Below are positions 35,998-48,867 of a stretch of 64,000 nucleotides of DNA, one piece after another. Positions within the stretch are counted from its first letter, which is position 1, and every line of letters starts with the position of its first letter. A model generated the notes under the pieces. The model was not told the origin of the DNA. It saw only the letters and a list, made by a program, of their open reading frames with translations, and did no database searches. The DNA lies in assembly GCA_024704765.1 (NCBI GenBank), contig JAKMXF010000327.1, positions 79,360 to 143,359 on the forward strand. The letters are read 5' to 3'. Both the position numbers and the translations under genes were made by a program. The stretch comes from Oopsacas minuta. Its lineage: Eukaryota > Animalia > Porifera.

Positions 35998-36540
35998 TGG
36001 CTGTTTATGCAGTTATTATATATACAGAACTAATTTGTTACATCCAGAGTAAATTATAAGGTCTAAAAATTCAGCTTTAGGGATTTGAACCTCAAGTCCT
36101 ATTCTACAGGTGGACAAGATTTACTTGAGGAAAATCGTTGTTCAGAAAACAGGGTATATACCGGGAGTTTCGCATATGGGAATTTTAGGTGACCAATACC
36201 GACTAATTATTATCAACGATTGTAAAATCCATCCGTGCGATTCATTTAAATATATATTGAAAGTGATCGTGACAAAATATTAATATATATATATTTATAT
36301 ATATATCAGGGCCGTAGCCACTGGTCAGGTTGTTCAGGTTTCAACCTGGCCACTTTTGGTGATTGAATTTGCCCAATATGGCACAACTCGGTCAAGTTGG
36401 TTAACCCTTCACAGTCTTAGTGAAAATTTTCTACTTAATTAACTAAGTGGGGTAAATATTACCCCAAAATATTTGGGGAAGTTTTGCTAATCTTACTTAG
36501 GATATAGTGGAGATTTGGGGTTGAAATTTACCCCACTTAG

Positions 36541-36678
36541 GCAACAACAGAGAAATATATGTGGGGTGCTAGTTTACTCCACTTGTGCAACAACAGAGAA
36601 ATACATGTGGGGTGCTAGTTTACTCCACTTGTGCAACGACAGAGAAATACATGTGGGGTGCTAGTTTACCCTACTTGC
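36541..36678. repeat. 46-bp minisatellite, 3 copies
   Basis: Unit GCAACAACAGAGAAATA(C/T)ATGTGGGGTGCTAGTTTACTCCACTTGT. Confidence 0.9.
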
Positions 36679-37043
36679 AGGGTGACCAGACGTCCTTGTT
36701 TTGGACAACCTGTCCTTTTTTTGTCCTTTTTTTACTCTGGATTCTAATGACTCTTCAATTTACACGGAAATACATAGAGTGGATTGTAACTTATTGTATA
36801 GCCTTATTGATTCTCTCTTCAGAATCACTATAATTCATAAGTGGGGTTCATTATTCTTACCTACATTATTACATATTGGATAACAATATTACTAATTCTG
36901 TTTTATTTCCTTACTCTATTGATGTAAAATCAATTATCATAGATTAGCATTTACTGTTATCGTTCAATGTTCAGTGATTTACGGATACATTGTATATCAT
37001 AGAAAAGTGTCCTTTTTGATAACGAAGACATCTGGTCACCCTG
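36678..37043. mobile_element. MITE with CAGGGTGACCAGA termini
   Basis: Perfect 13-bp TIR CAGGGTGACCAGA / TCTGGTCACCCTG. No TSD recognisable. Confidence 0.65.
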
Positions 37044-37229
37044 ATTGTATGGTTAATACGCTTAATATCTAAATATACATACACAATATACTATAAAAAT
37101 CATGACAAAGTAGGAAATAATGTAGTAAATGTACTTCTAGGAACTCTATTAGTTTTCAGTGAATTAGTCCAGGATAGTTGATTATAAGGGTAGACCAGTT
37201 GATTGAGGTGATTGTCCCATGTGCAGTCT

Positions 37230-37900
37230 CTATCTGTAAAGCTCCTCCATCCAAGTGCAATCCGTAACGATACCAATGACACTGGTGGGACCAATGTACG
37301 CTACTAGTCGGTCCAGGTAGTCAGCATGAAATGGATCCAGTTTACAATGGCTGCAACTCACAGTACAGTTGCCATCATCTATTACACAGACTGGACAGAG
37401 AGGATGGTTAGTGAAGTAGGTGTCAGATGCGTAGGGAATAGGAGATGCAGGTGGTAGAGCAGAGGGTATCGGCTCGGACTGGCCTGGAGTAATGTTAATA
37501 AAGATGTAACTTATGTTCCGATCAGCAGGGGTAGAGTAAAGTTGTAGGAATCGTCATCAAGATTGTTGGCAAATACATATTCTGCCTTTGTTTGCTTGGC
37601 AAACGCCGCAGAGGCGTACGAAGAGGACAATTGCTGCACGAAGCACAATAGTTGTGGCTCATGAAATACTCGTACACCCTGTCACATACTACATGACTAA
37701 ACTCGTTATGTGCGGCCACTAACATATCCCACAGGTTTTCTTAGCTATACGCGTAACTTGCTCCGTGTAGCCTACGGGTTTCACCTTTCATGCACAGGAC
37801 ATTTACACTCTCAAACTCCTCCACAGAATAGCGAAACTTGGTCCTGCCCCAATTGGGATCGTTGGTGTTGCAACCATCCTCTCTGTAGCTCTCTATAATC
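37230..37900 (-). pseudogene. Degenerate coding remnant, possibly a Ginger/KRBA2-type integrase N-terminus plus a PHD-like finger
   Basis: Hand translation: AYS*ENLWDMLVAAHNEFSH...CASCSNC (H2C2-like), and in another frame CPVC...CSHC...H. No integrase core seen. Confidence 0.3.
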
Positions 37901-38289
37901 CCATCTCTCTCTCCTCTCTCCCGCCAAATGTAAATTGACTGAGCTACTAAAGCTCTGCTTCGAAAATGTATTTAGCATTTGACAAAAGGAAAGTAGATTC
38001 GTTCAGATGAAACAAACGCAAACACAATAACATATTCACAATAACAAAGAATAGCGCAGTAACTGTGGCGTGATAGCACAAGTGTTATTATAGGCCTAAC
38101 ACCCTAGTTGTATCTAGGTAACTTTGATATGTATGTTGAATAGTAATCACACAAATATATTTCCATTTTAGTTAACCCATAATATCATAACTAACAAATT
38201 ATATAAGAATAATCTTAGTAATTAGGCGTCAACTCAATTTGGAAGATAACATATGCACATTATTAATTGTGTTTTGATAACATAGATAA

Positions 38290-38488
38290 ATTAAACATTT
38301 TTTCTATTTAATCCAAGAAACTTGCTTTCAACCGTTGTACTCGGGTAATCGAGTACGCTGATTCTAAATATGAATTTCTCGCCAACGTATTATGAATATG
38401 TTGCTACTCATATACTTTGCTTAATTCTAAGCACGAAGTGACGAGCCTGCTGAGAACACAGAGTGTGCGGGGAAGCGAAGCGTGCTAG
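38290..38488 (+). repeat. Helitron-like 3' end family (GC-rich stretch + GCGAAGCG..CTAG)
   Basis: Aligns with the reverse complement of 51748-51935. The same terminal motif occurs at 5189-5201 and 15111-15124, with looser versions at 55801-55811 and (reversed) about 42730-42790. Confidence 0.55.
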
Positions 38489-39041
38489 CTGGCTAATCTA
38501 TTATATAATTTTTCGATGTTTTTTTTGTTTTTTGTTCGGAATTGATTGAGGAACTGGTAAGAGCTACAAACATGAAATTTGGCATGGTGTGGAATGTGAT
38601 AAATCTAGGAAGAAATTATAATATCTAAGCGATATCTCAAAAACTCTCTGAGATAGGTGTCAAAATGTATTGACCTATCAGATTCTAGGTCATACCATTT
38701 GTGGTAATTAAATGGTATAGGGTGTAACCTGGTCCAATTAGGATGCAATGGTTCCAATTACGCAACATTTTTCAAATTCTTATTTGTAATACATTATACA
38801 TTCCACTGTGACATAACCGTATCTAAGGGTTTATCCCAGAGCACAGGTAATTTTTAATATAATCTTAATCTTTTGTTGAAATACAATGATTGAGACATTT
38901 TACATTCGTAGAGTTAAATCAGCTCCAGGATGGACATAAATCTGCTAAAAATTGCCTCTTCTGCAATTCTGTATTACTTGCTCAGAAAATGAAGAATCTA
39001 GGATTTGTAACCATTTTTCCATTTGTTTTAATAGGAAAGCC

Positions 39042-40868
39042 CAGGGCCGGCGTTAAGATAGGGCAGCAGGGCAATTAAACGGGGCTCCGACCTCTAGGGA
39101 GCGTCCAAAGACCGCACGGGGGCTCCAGGATATATAAATTGATTTAAAATCTGTAATTAGCACCACTTTACAGATTTGGAAATAGATGTTTGCGTTAATT
39201 ATTAATTGCCTTTGTTACACTAGCATGAAGCGTCTTTATCTCAGTGATGCTCAGAAAAGAAGAGTGGCTGATAAACCAGCCAAACACTTAAAAAGCTACA
39301 CAAAAGTAACGGCCTTCTTTGCTTGTGTTAATCGCGGTGATTCAGCGACAGTGCGGTACAAATTCCGTGGAACCTGAGGAGCAACTGGTTAAAGTGGATA
39401 CGTGGCAAGACAAGCCGGTAGAGTTTGGAAGTGAGAATTTATTAGCTCCGATGAGAGAGTCTGCTGGGGCTAGCGAATAGAGTGGAACAGACCCTCAAGT
39501 TGAGCATTCGTCAGTGCGGTAAATTTATGACGACCCAGGATTATCGCCGAAGAGAATGTCTGAGTGGTAAAGGTCTTAATTAGTAAGAAAAGGGCCAAAC
39601 AGGTAATGGGCATGGCCTTTCCCAAAAGTGCCAAGACAGGATCGCTCGTAGATTTAACAAAGCAAGCTATTACATCACACTTAGCAATGGAGAGAAAGTT
39701 ATCCGATCTTGGTTGGTGACTCAAAATCAAAGGATAGGGGTTTTTGCTTTTGTTGTACAATATTCTGTGGATAAACGTGAATCCTCTCTGTCAATGGATG
39801 GTTTCAATGTATGCAAACGATTGTCTCAGGGATCATGAACACTCTCAAGCACATAAAAATTTGGTTGTCTCGGATGCTACCAAATCTTCATTGTTGTCTG
39901 TGACGTTTTTGGTTCCTTACAGCAAATATTTGTTATCTTCAGCTCTACAACTCAACGCTGGTCCATACACAAAGAGAATATCAGGAATCTTACAGTCAAA
40001 CTCCTGTCAGATAATTGATGGGAATCTCGGATTGACAAGTGATAAAGTACTGAGATACTATAAACATTAAGTAATTTTGCCCTGGAATCGCTGGTAGATC
40101 ATTCATTTAGTAAAGGTTATAGCATGACGACTGCAAGGGCAAGAGGTTTGGCATTCGTCAGGGGCATTTCATTGTCTGCATTGTGTGTAGTAAAATGTTC
40201 TGCTCCACATTAATTCCGCAAACAAACTTTAGTTGTTGAATTGCTGGAAGATTTCAGAGACACAGCGATTGTATCCGCTAGCACATTCGCACGAGAAATT
40301 TCGCAGCTGTGTTCTTTTTACTTTTGCTTGGCTTTCTTTTTGTAGCCAAGTGATGAGGAAAGCAATTCCAAATAATACATTGCGCGAAGTGTGCATTCTG
40401 TTTTTTCAGGAGGCGGCTGACATCGATCCTGATGATCTGTCCCTGGAGGTCAACTTAGCTAAAACAAGTTTCTCAAATGAAGTGTCTAATTCACCCTTGG
40501 ACATGCTGAATTACATTTACCGAGAAAATTAGGTGGATCTCTACCTTAACCTCAGCATTGCACTGAGGATAATTCTAACTGTACCAGTCACAGTGGCGCC
40601 CTGGGGGAAAAGCTTCTCTCGTTTGAACTTGAGTAAAAACTCCTGCGATCAACAATGTCCCAGGATCGCTTTAATGGACTGGCAGAGATTTCGATAGAGT
40701 ACGAGCTTTGTAACAAACTGGACTTTTCCAACATAATTGAGGACTTTGCCACAGCTAAATGTAGCAAGGTCCTCTTCTAGGAAATAAGAGTAGTACCATG
40801 ATTTTATGTTATACATCTCATGCTATTTATTTTAGGTACGGGGACCTTCGAATGGCTAACGCCGGGTG
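39042..40868 (+). mobile_element. Degenerate hAT (ZMYM1/Ac-type) transposon with transposase pseudogene
   Basis: Left TIR CAGGGCCGGCGTTA, right end CTAACGCCGG. Fragments SPLDMLNYIY, DLYLNLSIALRIILTVPVTVA...SFSRL and RSTMSQDR. Confidence 0.8.
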
Positions 40869-41426
40869 GAAATCTCCCTTAAAACGTTTGCTAATCTGGC
40901 ACTTATGAACACCCTATTCATAAAAATTTCAATTGCTATTCCTATCCAATTCCAACAGGGTTTCTGTGAGAATTCCCATGGGTATTTCTGAAGGTTTTCC
41001 ATATGTAAATCTTGTGCTTCTGCCTTCAGTTAGGAAGCCAGCTACCCAAGTGTGCTGAATTTCGCTCATCCTAATACTGGGCTCCCAACCATGGCAATGT
41101 CTCAACTATTACGACATCGTGCCAATATTGACTAGAGATTCGTTTTATCATTTCATTGAAAACTTACCCCAAAATATTACATCTCAGGAGAGAATCGTGA
41201 GATTTTCCACAAGTCTCACGAATTCGGAAGTTTTGAGGTTGAGGCTTGAGAGCCCTGACAAGTATACGTACGAAGAACATGGCGATAACAACTGATATAG
41301 CTCACATTTCGCGCGCATAAATTAGATTTCAATATCGGAATTGTCGTAGAAGGAACAAAATTCCATTCCATGTGAATCCTCATCTCTACGACAACCCTGT
41401 CAATAAAACGGGTGTAGACGTTAGTC

Positions 41427-41690
41427 ATCAGCGTTTGAACCTTTGTGGGGTAATCTGAGACCCCACTCATCATCAGCGTTTCAGTCTTTGTGGGGTAAAC
41501 TGATACCCCACATGTATTTCTCTGTTGTTGCCCAAGTGGAGTAAACTGGCACCACACAGGTATTTTTCTGTTGTTGCCCAGGTGAAGTAAACTGGCACCC
41601 CACATTTATTTCTCTATTGTTGCCCAAGTGGGGTAATCTGGCACCCCACATGTATTTCTCTGGTGTTGCCCAGGTGGTGTAAACTGGGAT
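41427..41690. repeat. Compound 46-bp minisatellite: 2 copies of unit B, then 4 copies of the reverse complement of the 36541 unit
   Basis: CATCAGCGTTT...GTGGGGTAA.CTGA.ACCCC x2 (41427-41510). CCCCACATGTATTTCTCTGTTGTTGCCCAAGTGGAGTAAACTGGCA-like x4 from 41506. Confidence 0.85.
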
Positions 41691-42063
41691 CCCAAATTTT
41701 TCTGGGGTAGCAAAACATCCCACATGTGTCACGAAGGGTTAAGTTAACCTGAGCACTCGGTCAGGTTGGTAGCTTATGGTCGGGTCTCATCTAATTGTTA
41801 ATTAACGTATTTAACCAGCCCCAAGCATAGGAATTTAGTAAGCTCTTAGTTAACAAGCTTCTTCTTGTATTTCTTTGCGACAGGTATGATTATATTCCGC
41901 CCTATTATTGACCTGGTCTTAACACGTCGCTACTATCTGAGATCAATTTAGATCCTTCTGGCCGTTCTAGGTATACTCTTAAACCACCTCTGGAAGAATA
42001 TTTAAAAATATTATTGACTTAGAATTATAGCCCTGGCTAGAGTTACACTTTTATATAATATGT

Positions 42064-42232
42064 CAGGGCCGTAGCCATCGGTCCGGTTGGTCAGGTTTCA
42101 ATCTGACCTATTTTGCTACCAAATTTTCCAATAATTCACCAACTGGTCCAATTGTACAAGTTAACCTGACCACTTTGTCTTGTTTGTGCTGTATTCAACC
42201 GGACCACTTGTATTTTCATGGCTACGGCCCCG
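42064..42232. mobile_element. MITE with CAGGGCCGTAGCCA termini and CAACCGGACCA subterminal repeats
   Basis: TIR 13/14. Related fragments at about 470-515, 10760-10890 and from 36306. Confidence 0.7.
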
Positions 42233-42249
42233 TATATATGTATATATAA

Positions 42250-42601
42250 GGCATTAGTCGATCGTGTTGAACAAGATCGCGATCTCGATCAAGATCCTTA
42301 TTTCAAAAACGATCTCGATCATTTTCCCGATCGTTTGTGTAATATTCACGACATATATATTTGATAGTTACATCATTTCTTATGCCAAAGAAACATAGTT
42401 GGAGAATCAACGCATTCTACGAACGAATATTACTGATTGTTGAACACAAATTTGGAACAATTACCTAAGTCTAAAAACGCTAATAATAGTAGCATTTAAA
42501 GTATACAAAAATGATCGCGATCTTACATCCGATCCTTGATAAAACAATAATCGCCGATCGTCGTCAGATCGTCAAAAAAGTATCGCGATCGTGCGATCCA
42601 A

Positions 42602-42606
<5 letters not shown>
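42250..42606. mobile_element. GATC-rich MITE flanked by (TA)n
   Basis: Ends GGCATT / AATGCC with dense CGATC subterminal repeats at both ends. TA runs on both flanks. Confidence 0.6.
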
Positions 42607-42632
<26 letters not shown>

Positions 42633-44831
42633 TGCTATTATGCTATGGAACATGTTGACGTTTGGAATATGTTAACATCTACCGCAGAACATGTTGCCAT
42701 CGTAAATTCATGCCATTTTCTTAAATAAGAACGCGCTTTGCTTGCTCGCGCTACGCGGTTTCGAACACTTCGTGTCCACACTCGAGTACATAAACTCATA
42801 ATCGTAACCGTAGCAAACATGAAACTTCCATAATCTTTTAAGAGTTTCAGACTGAGAGAACTGTTATAAACCTAAATAGCAAGTCCGAAGACCGTGCAAA
42901 TCATTCTGGGAGAAATATTTCTGTAGAATGTAATGTTAATTTTGATCTAAAAATCCAAAAATAGAAATATTTTGATGGTGTTCATCTCGCACATAAGCTC
43001 TAATCCTCTTACACTTTCAACCTACGATAGTAATAGCTTGTATTCGTCTTGTACGCCATGTCAGCTCTATAACTATAAGGTTTTGTTAATCTCTCCTAAA
43101 TATTATGCACATTCGAAGCAAATTGTTCGGGGCCGTTATTTTGGCCCACTCTGTATGCTAAAATGAATTATGAATTTGGTGAATTACAACAGATACGTTA
43201 TACAATTAATTGACGATCCGGACACATTACTAAGAAACACAAATTATGAAAGGATAGTAGGTCACCCACTACTCAATGATCATCGTATCACTAAAACTGT
43301 AGTTATGTAATATAACTCTAGAGCAGAAACAAAGAAACCATTGAAAATGCCTTATTATCAGTGTGATAAGAACTAAGAGTTGAGTTATACGATTTCATGA
43401 CATGATCAAAGAAAGGGCAATAATTCTGTCATGTGAGGTAGTAACTCTGTCATGGATATAGAGTATCCATGGTACCAGTAATAGAGGTAGTAAAACTGTC
43501 ATGCTAGTAAATCTGTCATTCAACAGACCAAATATGTGCCATCCATGGTATCTAATATAACTCAGTAACGTGACAACTTCACCATTACAAATTTCTATAT
43601 TTTATATGAAAATATCTATATATTAATTGCTGTTAAGTTTGGAATCAAAGTCGCACGAAGTGTTACTTTCGTAACCAAAAGGAATACGTTAATTTTACCT
43701 CTTCGTTTTAACCAATTCCCGCACGCAAATAGATTTCAGCACCTTTTTTACCTTATAAAATGAGACATTATTCTCGGTAGTATTCGGTTAATGTAGAATT
43801 TAGCTGGAAATTTGTCAAAATTATTTTCATTATGTTAGAATATTATTAGAAATTTATTCTTGATATTTGTCACTGAAACTGTGCTCATTGATAGAATTAA
43901 TTTTCAAAAACTGGGAAGTATTCTGTATTTAACCCGAAAATATGCCAAATTCGGTATAATGAATAATGTATAATGGACCCCGCCTGCATCTTATTTGGCT
44001 TCATCTGTAAGGGGAACCTATCTATTAAATGGGAGTGGCTAATTATAGTCATACGTATATCGAATTTTATAACCATGTATAATTAAAAGGTAAACTTCTT
44101 ATAGCCTTCTAAGTTCCGGCTATCGGCTAAAAACGGCAATATTTCGGTGATTTTTGTTCTGAACACGCTAGTCAAGTTGTTGTCTAGGGTATTTATCATG
44201 CGATATAGAGGTAGGATTGTAAATTACTACATGGGGGATAAGTAAGTTGCCCCCAGGGGCACTTTACTTTGGGGGATTGGTTACTACTTGACAGTATACT
44301 ATGGGCTAGGATATTTTATACCCTGGTATAATTTATTTCTAAAGTGAAATGTTCACATCTTTTGGTGATTAATCATATTTTCAAACTTTTCTTTGTAAAA
44401 GCATTCTAGAAATTAGCTTTACAAACGTTGTCAGGGGGTAATTGGGTACGTAGTGCATAGAGTAAGATGTTTAGATCTTCAGAGCATGTAAAATTCAAAT
44501 TCGCAGATTTATCGATAATTAGTCATATATTCATACCTTAGGCATATATTCAAAATAATGCTAGAAATTTCGTTTCAACGACTATCCAGTTGTAGAGGAC
44601 ACATAGACAGAAAATTACCACTTGCTGTCCCAGTCTCTTCCTGGACATTTTTTTTGATATCTTTTATAAGCTGAATTTATTTTGAACTGGATTTCTGGCA
44701 TGAGGCCAAGTCCGAAGGGCTTAAGCCCACTTTTTATGACGGCTTGACCCCATGCCGGCTGCGGCGGGCAGCGGAGTGGATTTTTCTCTCTTAATCTTAC
44801 TTTCTTACTGTAAATTCTATTTTTTGTCAGT

Positions 44832-46046
44832 ATGGCATTTGAATGCCAGCGAAATAGTTACAAATGTGAATTTGATTCGAAAGTACTATCTTGTAAGATT
44901 TCAGACAACAAACCGGGTCTATATCGCATTGTATTTGATGATACAATCCTATTCCCTGAGGGCGGAGGACAGCCTGAAGATCTAGGCTGTTTGAATGATA
45001 GTATCTCCGTTCTACATGTAGAGAGAGAGGGGGATGTAGCAGTTCACTATACAAAGGTGCCATTAGAAGAGGGAGAACACGTACATATGCGAGTTAACTG
45101 GGAACGAAGATGGGATCACATGCAACAGCATTCAGGCCAGCATTTGATCACTGCAGTCATTGAAAGAAAGACTGGTTACAAGACTATAAGTTGGTGTTTA
45201 GGAGTCGGATTAGACAATAAGTGCTTTATTGAGCTAGACAGTAACAAAATGAGTTTGCAACAACTACAAGATGCTGAAGAAGAGTGCAATAAACTTATAA
45301 TCCAATCCAGGGCTGTTAATGTAAGAATTATTGAACGAGATTCTGAGGAATTTAACTTAGTCCGCTCACGTGGTCTCCCCTCAGGGAGTGTTGGTCCTAT
45401 TCGTGTGGTAGATATGCAAGGTGTAGATGTTAACATGTGTTGTGGTACACACGTTTCTAACCTAAGCCACTTGCAATGCATCAAGCTCCTACACATGGAA
45501 CAGAAAGGAACTTCAAGCACTTTAGTGCATTTCGTCGTGGGAGGTCGGGTATGTCACCAGCTAGGTCGGATGCATGCTAATGAGCGTAGCTTGTCTAAAT
45601 TGCTTAGCTGTGGACCTGAAGAGTACGGGCGACAAATCGAGAAGATTTCTAAGAACCAGCGAGCTGACGCCAAACAAAACAAGATTTATTTACGTGAAAT
45701 CGCTGAACTAACTGTTAAAAATCATCTATCTAGTCCTTGCGCTGTAGAATCATATTTCGTCTTACATAGAGATGATGCAGATCATGAATTCATGTCTGTT
45801 ATATGCAATATGTTATTGCCTCATAAGATACTTATACTCTTGACTGGAGGAGGTAGGAAAGGACAGGGAATATTCTTGTTGAGCGGGAAAGATGACAAGC
45901 TTGTGTCAGAACTAGGACCACAGATATCTGCCATGCTTGAGGGTAAAGGAGGAGGGAGAGGTTCGAGGTATCAAGGAAAAGTTCAAAAAATAGAACTATA
46001 TAAGGTTGCTTTTGAATTTGTAAAGAACCATTTATGTACGCAATAG
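44832..46046 (+). CDS. AARSD1: Alanyl-tRNA editing protein (AlaX-type trans-editing deacylase), single exon, 404 aa
   Basis: MAFECQRNSY start, DTILFPEGGGQP, zinc motif HMQQHSGQH, NMCCGTH, C-terminal DHHA1 GKGGG. Confidence 0.93.
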   Translation: MAFECQRNSYKCEFDSKVLSCKISDNKPGLYRIVFDDTILFPEGGGQPEDLGCLNDSISVLHVEREGDVAVHYTKVPLEEGEHVHMRVNWERRWDHMQQHSGQHLITAVIERKTGYKTISWCLGVGLDNKCFIELDSNKMSLQQLQDAEEECNKLIIQSRAVNVRIIERDSEEFNLVRSRGLPSGSVGPIRVVDMQGVDVNMCCGTHVSNLSHLQCIKLLHMEQKGTSSTLVHFVVGGRVCHQLGRMHANERSLSKLLSCGPEEYGRQIEKISKNQRADAKQNKIYLREIAELTVKNHLSSPCAVESYFVLHRDDADHEFMSVICNMLLPHKILILLTGGGRKGQGIFLLSGKDDKLVSELGPQISAMLEGKGGGRGSRYQGKVQKIELYKVAFEFVKNHLCTQ

Positions 46047-46964
46047 AATTATTATCTAGGAAGGAATTATTGTTCTAATTTTGCTACAGTTTATTATGTC
46101 CTCTTTCTCAGGAATAATTATATAATAATTAAAGGCTAGAGCTGGAGATAGAGTAGCTCTCAAGAAATGGCATACTTACCAAGTCTTATTAATCGTGGAT
46201 TTTCGAAATTTCCCTTGATTTCTTAAATAGCAATTTCAGTCTATAACAGTGGATTCTATGAGTTACCTCAGAATTACGGTCACGTTTGGAACAGAAATAA
46301 ATATAAATTGCCGGATATTGAGGTGGCAGTTAAGCGAGGTTACACGTTAAAGGCCAAAAATTGCAATATTTTTCTGGATTTCTTGTAGAATCCTGGACCA
46401 TGGCATGAATCTTTGGAACTCCATAATGATATACTGTGAAATTTGTCATAACGGCCACCAAAGGGACTAGCAAAAAGTAGGAGTTATATAGAGGTGGCCG
46501 CTATAGAGAGGTTGACCGTTATACACAGTGTGTTAGTAATTTATGTTAATGGTGGTGATACACGTATATAGGGAAGTTGGCCTTTAAGGCAAGTGACCGA
46601 TATAAAGATAATATAGTGGAAGTAGTTAATGACTGACTCAAAGTAAACTTATGGGAGGTGACCCCTATATAAAGTGTCCGTTATGTAAAGGTAGTGTCCG
46701 TTATAGACAGGTTTAGCGCCAGCAAGGGACCAAAAATGGTGGCCGCTATGTGCAGGTGATCGTTATACATAGGTGGCCGTTAGGCAAGTTTGACTGTATC
46801 TATATATATGCTGTAGAATTCGGATAAAACGACCCTCAAAGGAGAGATAATTCCGTACGTTATAACCGAGTTATATTTATATAGAATCGTATGTAATCTG
46901 AGATTTTTGGTTCAGAAAATTTAGTACGTTATATGCCGAAAAACGTTATTTCCGAGTTCTACTG

Positions 46965-47008
46965 AATATACGTAGAATATACGTAGAATATACGTAGAAT
47001 ATACGTAG
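46965..47008. repeat. Tandem repeat (AATATACGTAG)x4, immediately after a pogo-like MITE end
   Basis: Four perfect 11-bp units plus a degenerate fifth. Preceded by an imperfect TIR pair at 46811 / 46964. Confidence 0.85.
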
Positions 47009-48867
47009 GATATACGTATATGCTAGATCTGGCATATTCTGAACTAGCCCACTTCAAACCCGGATATAATCTGGTCTGCTACACAGGGACCAGATGCGAC
47101 CTATAATAAGTGGTCCTGGTTGGCTATAATTGGTACGGGGAAGACCAATTATGGAAGACATCAAATATAAGCAATATTCATAACAAATCCTATCAAATCC
47201 AATTCAGTAAGTAAATATCAAGTCCACAAACCCAATCAAACATCCTGAGTGGGTGGCTTTCAATAGGTGATCGTACAATTCAGAAATTATTATAGATTTC
47301 TTATTGATAATTTTGTTTACTTTATATTCATAATAACAACAATAAATTTATCTATGAGGAACGTACAAATGCGAAATTCTGATTCAGGGTACTTTGTTAC
47401 CCAATTGTAGCCGTTAAGAGCAGGTCTCAAACGTATGTTTTTAGATTTCAACTATTTGTTTACTTTGTATTGATAAAAAACAATTATTATGCATATGAAA
47501 CTTGAAAACGCGAAACTCGTATTCATCGTATTTTGTAACCGCATTGTAGCCGTCAAGAGCAACAAACATACAGAAATATTTAAGAATATTGTCTAGGAGT
47601 TTAAGGTTTAACAAGGAAATAAACACTTTGTGTCCTTCCTGGCTGCTGAACTGGCACTTTTAGGTGCCGGCCAAGCACCTAGATAAACCCCAGCCCTCGG
47701 GACACTCGACGAGGTTACGACACAATTTCAGAATGGAATGTTGTCACATTCCTGAGGCATTCTTGTGTTGCTAGAGAAAAATCTCTCTAAAAATGGTCAA
47801 GTGATCAATTAAATGACGGGAATTTCACGCTGATTACGAATATCACAATGAAAAATGGTTAGACGTCACTTGAGTGACTTACACAGATTTTGAATTCCCT
47901 ATGGGGAAAAACAATTAGCACAAAGGGGAAACTTAGGGACATTTAGTATGGTGCTCAATAGGGCATTTAGAACTACCCTGCAAAAGTTAGCTTTTTACTA
48001 TTTACTTCAAAGTTGGGCTCGTTTTTGGGCTAATGCTCCTGGACTAATATAGATATTAGATTAACTACAAAAAAACTGGTTTATTTATCATGCTGGCCGT
48101 AGTTTGGGGACCCCTGTAGTAAGTAGCCTTCAGGGGCGTAGACTCATAATTTCTTCAATACTTTCTGGATTGAGATTTTCTCTGAATAATGCAAGTTGAG
48201 TGATAATGTATCCTTTTCTAATTTTGGATATTGCCCAATTAATTCTATATTTACTTGTTTACTGAGTAACATGATTTCCAATTTTACATTCATTTAAACC
48301 TGTTTTACTTGTGTCATACCTTACAGATAGAATACTTTGCATTGTCATTAAAAGCTGAGTATAGATCTTATTAATAAGCACGATAGAGATTATTTAGGAG
48401 AACACATTTATCCGGATTCTTGCATATATTTCAATCAGTTGGAATTAGGGAATGACATCTCCGATTCATATCTTTGAAAACCTACTGGAGAACAGATTTG
48501 AATATAACAAGAGGATAATCTGCTTAAACTCAAAAGATTTGAGAGAAAAAATCATGTAAACGAATCTCAAAATTTATTTTGCAGGAGGGTGATTACATAA
48601 AGCATCCCCAAGCTTATAAGTGGGGGATATATCCTCCCCATCCCCCCGGGATATACGCCCCTGGTAGCCTTGCAATTTAGAGAGGATATACATATTTTGC
48701 TAGAATATATTAAAATTTATAAACTACGCTTCTTTTTAGTGCAGCTCCTACAGGGAGATGCCCTAATGACATGGACAATGTGCGACGTCCGTACGTCAGT
48801 CCGTCCCTCTGTCTCCGCGTTCGTGCGAGATCTAGCAGTCCGATTCATATGAAAATTGGTACACATA

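Noticed and set aside
36541-41690. 46-bp repeats as a CRISPR-like array
   Set aside because: Units are head-to-tail with no unique spacers, there are no cas genes, and the context is eukaryotic.
29217-45520. ORFs 29217-29480, 29557-29787, 32156-32347, 32633-32863, 35081-35290, 44752-44985, 44827-45063 and 45176-45520
   Set aside because: They overlap real genes or pseudogenes in other frames and have no recognisable motifs.
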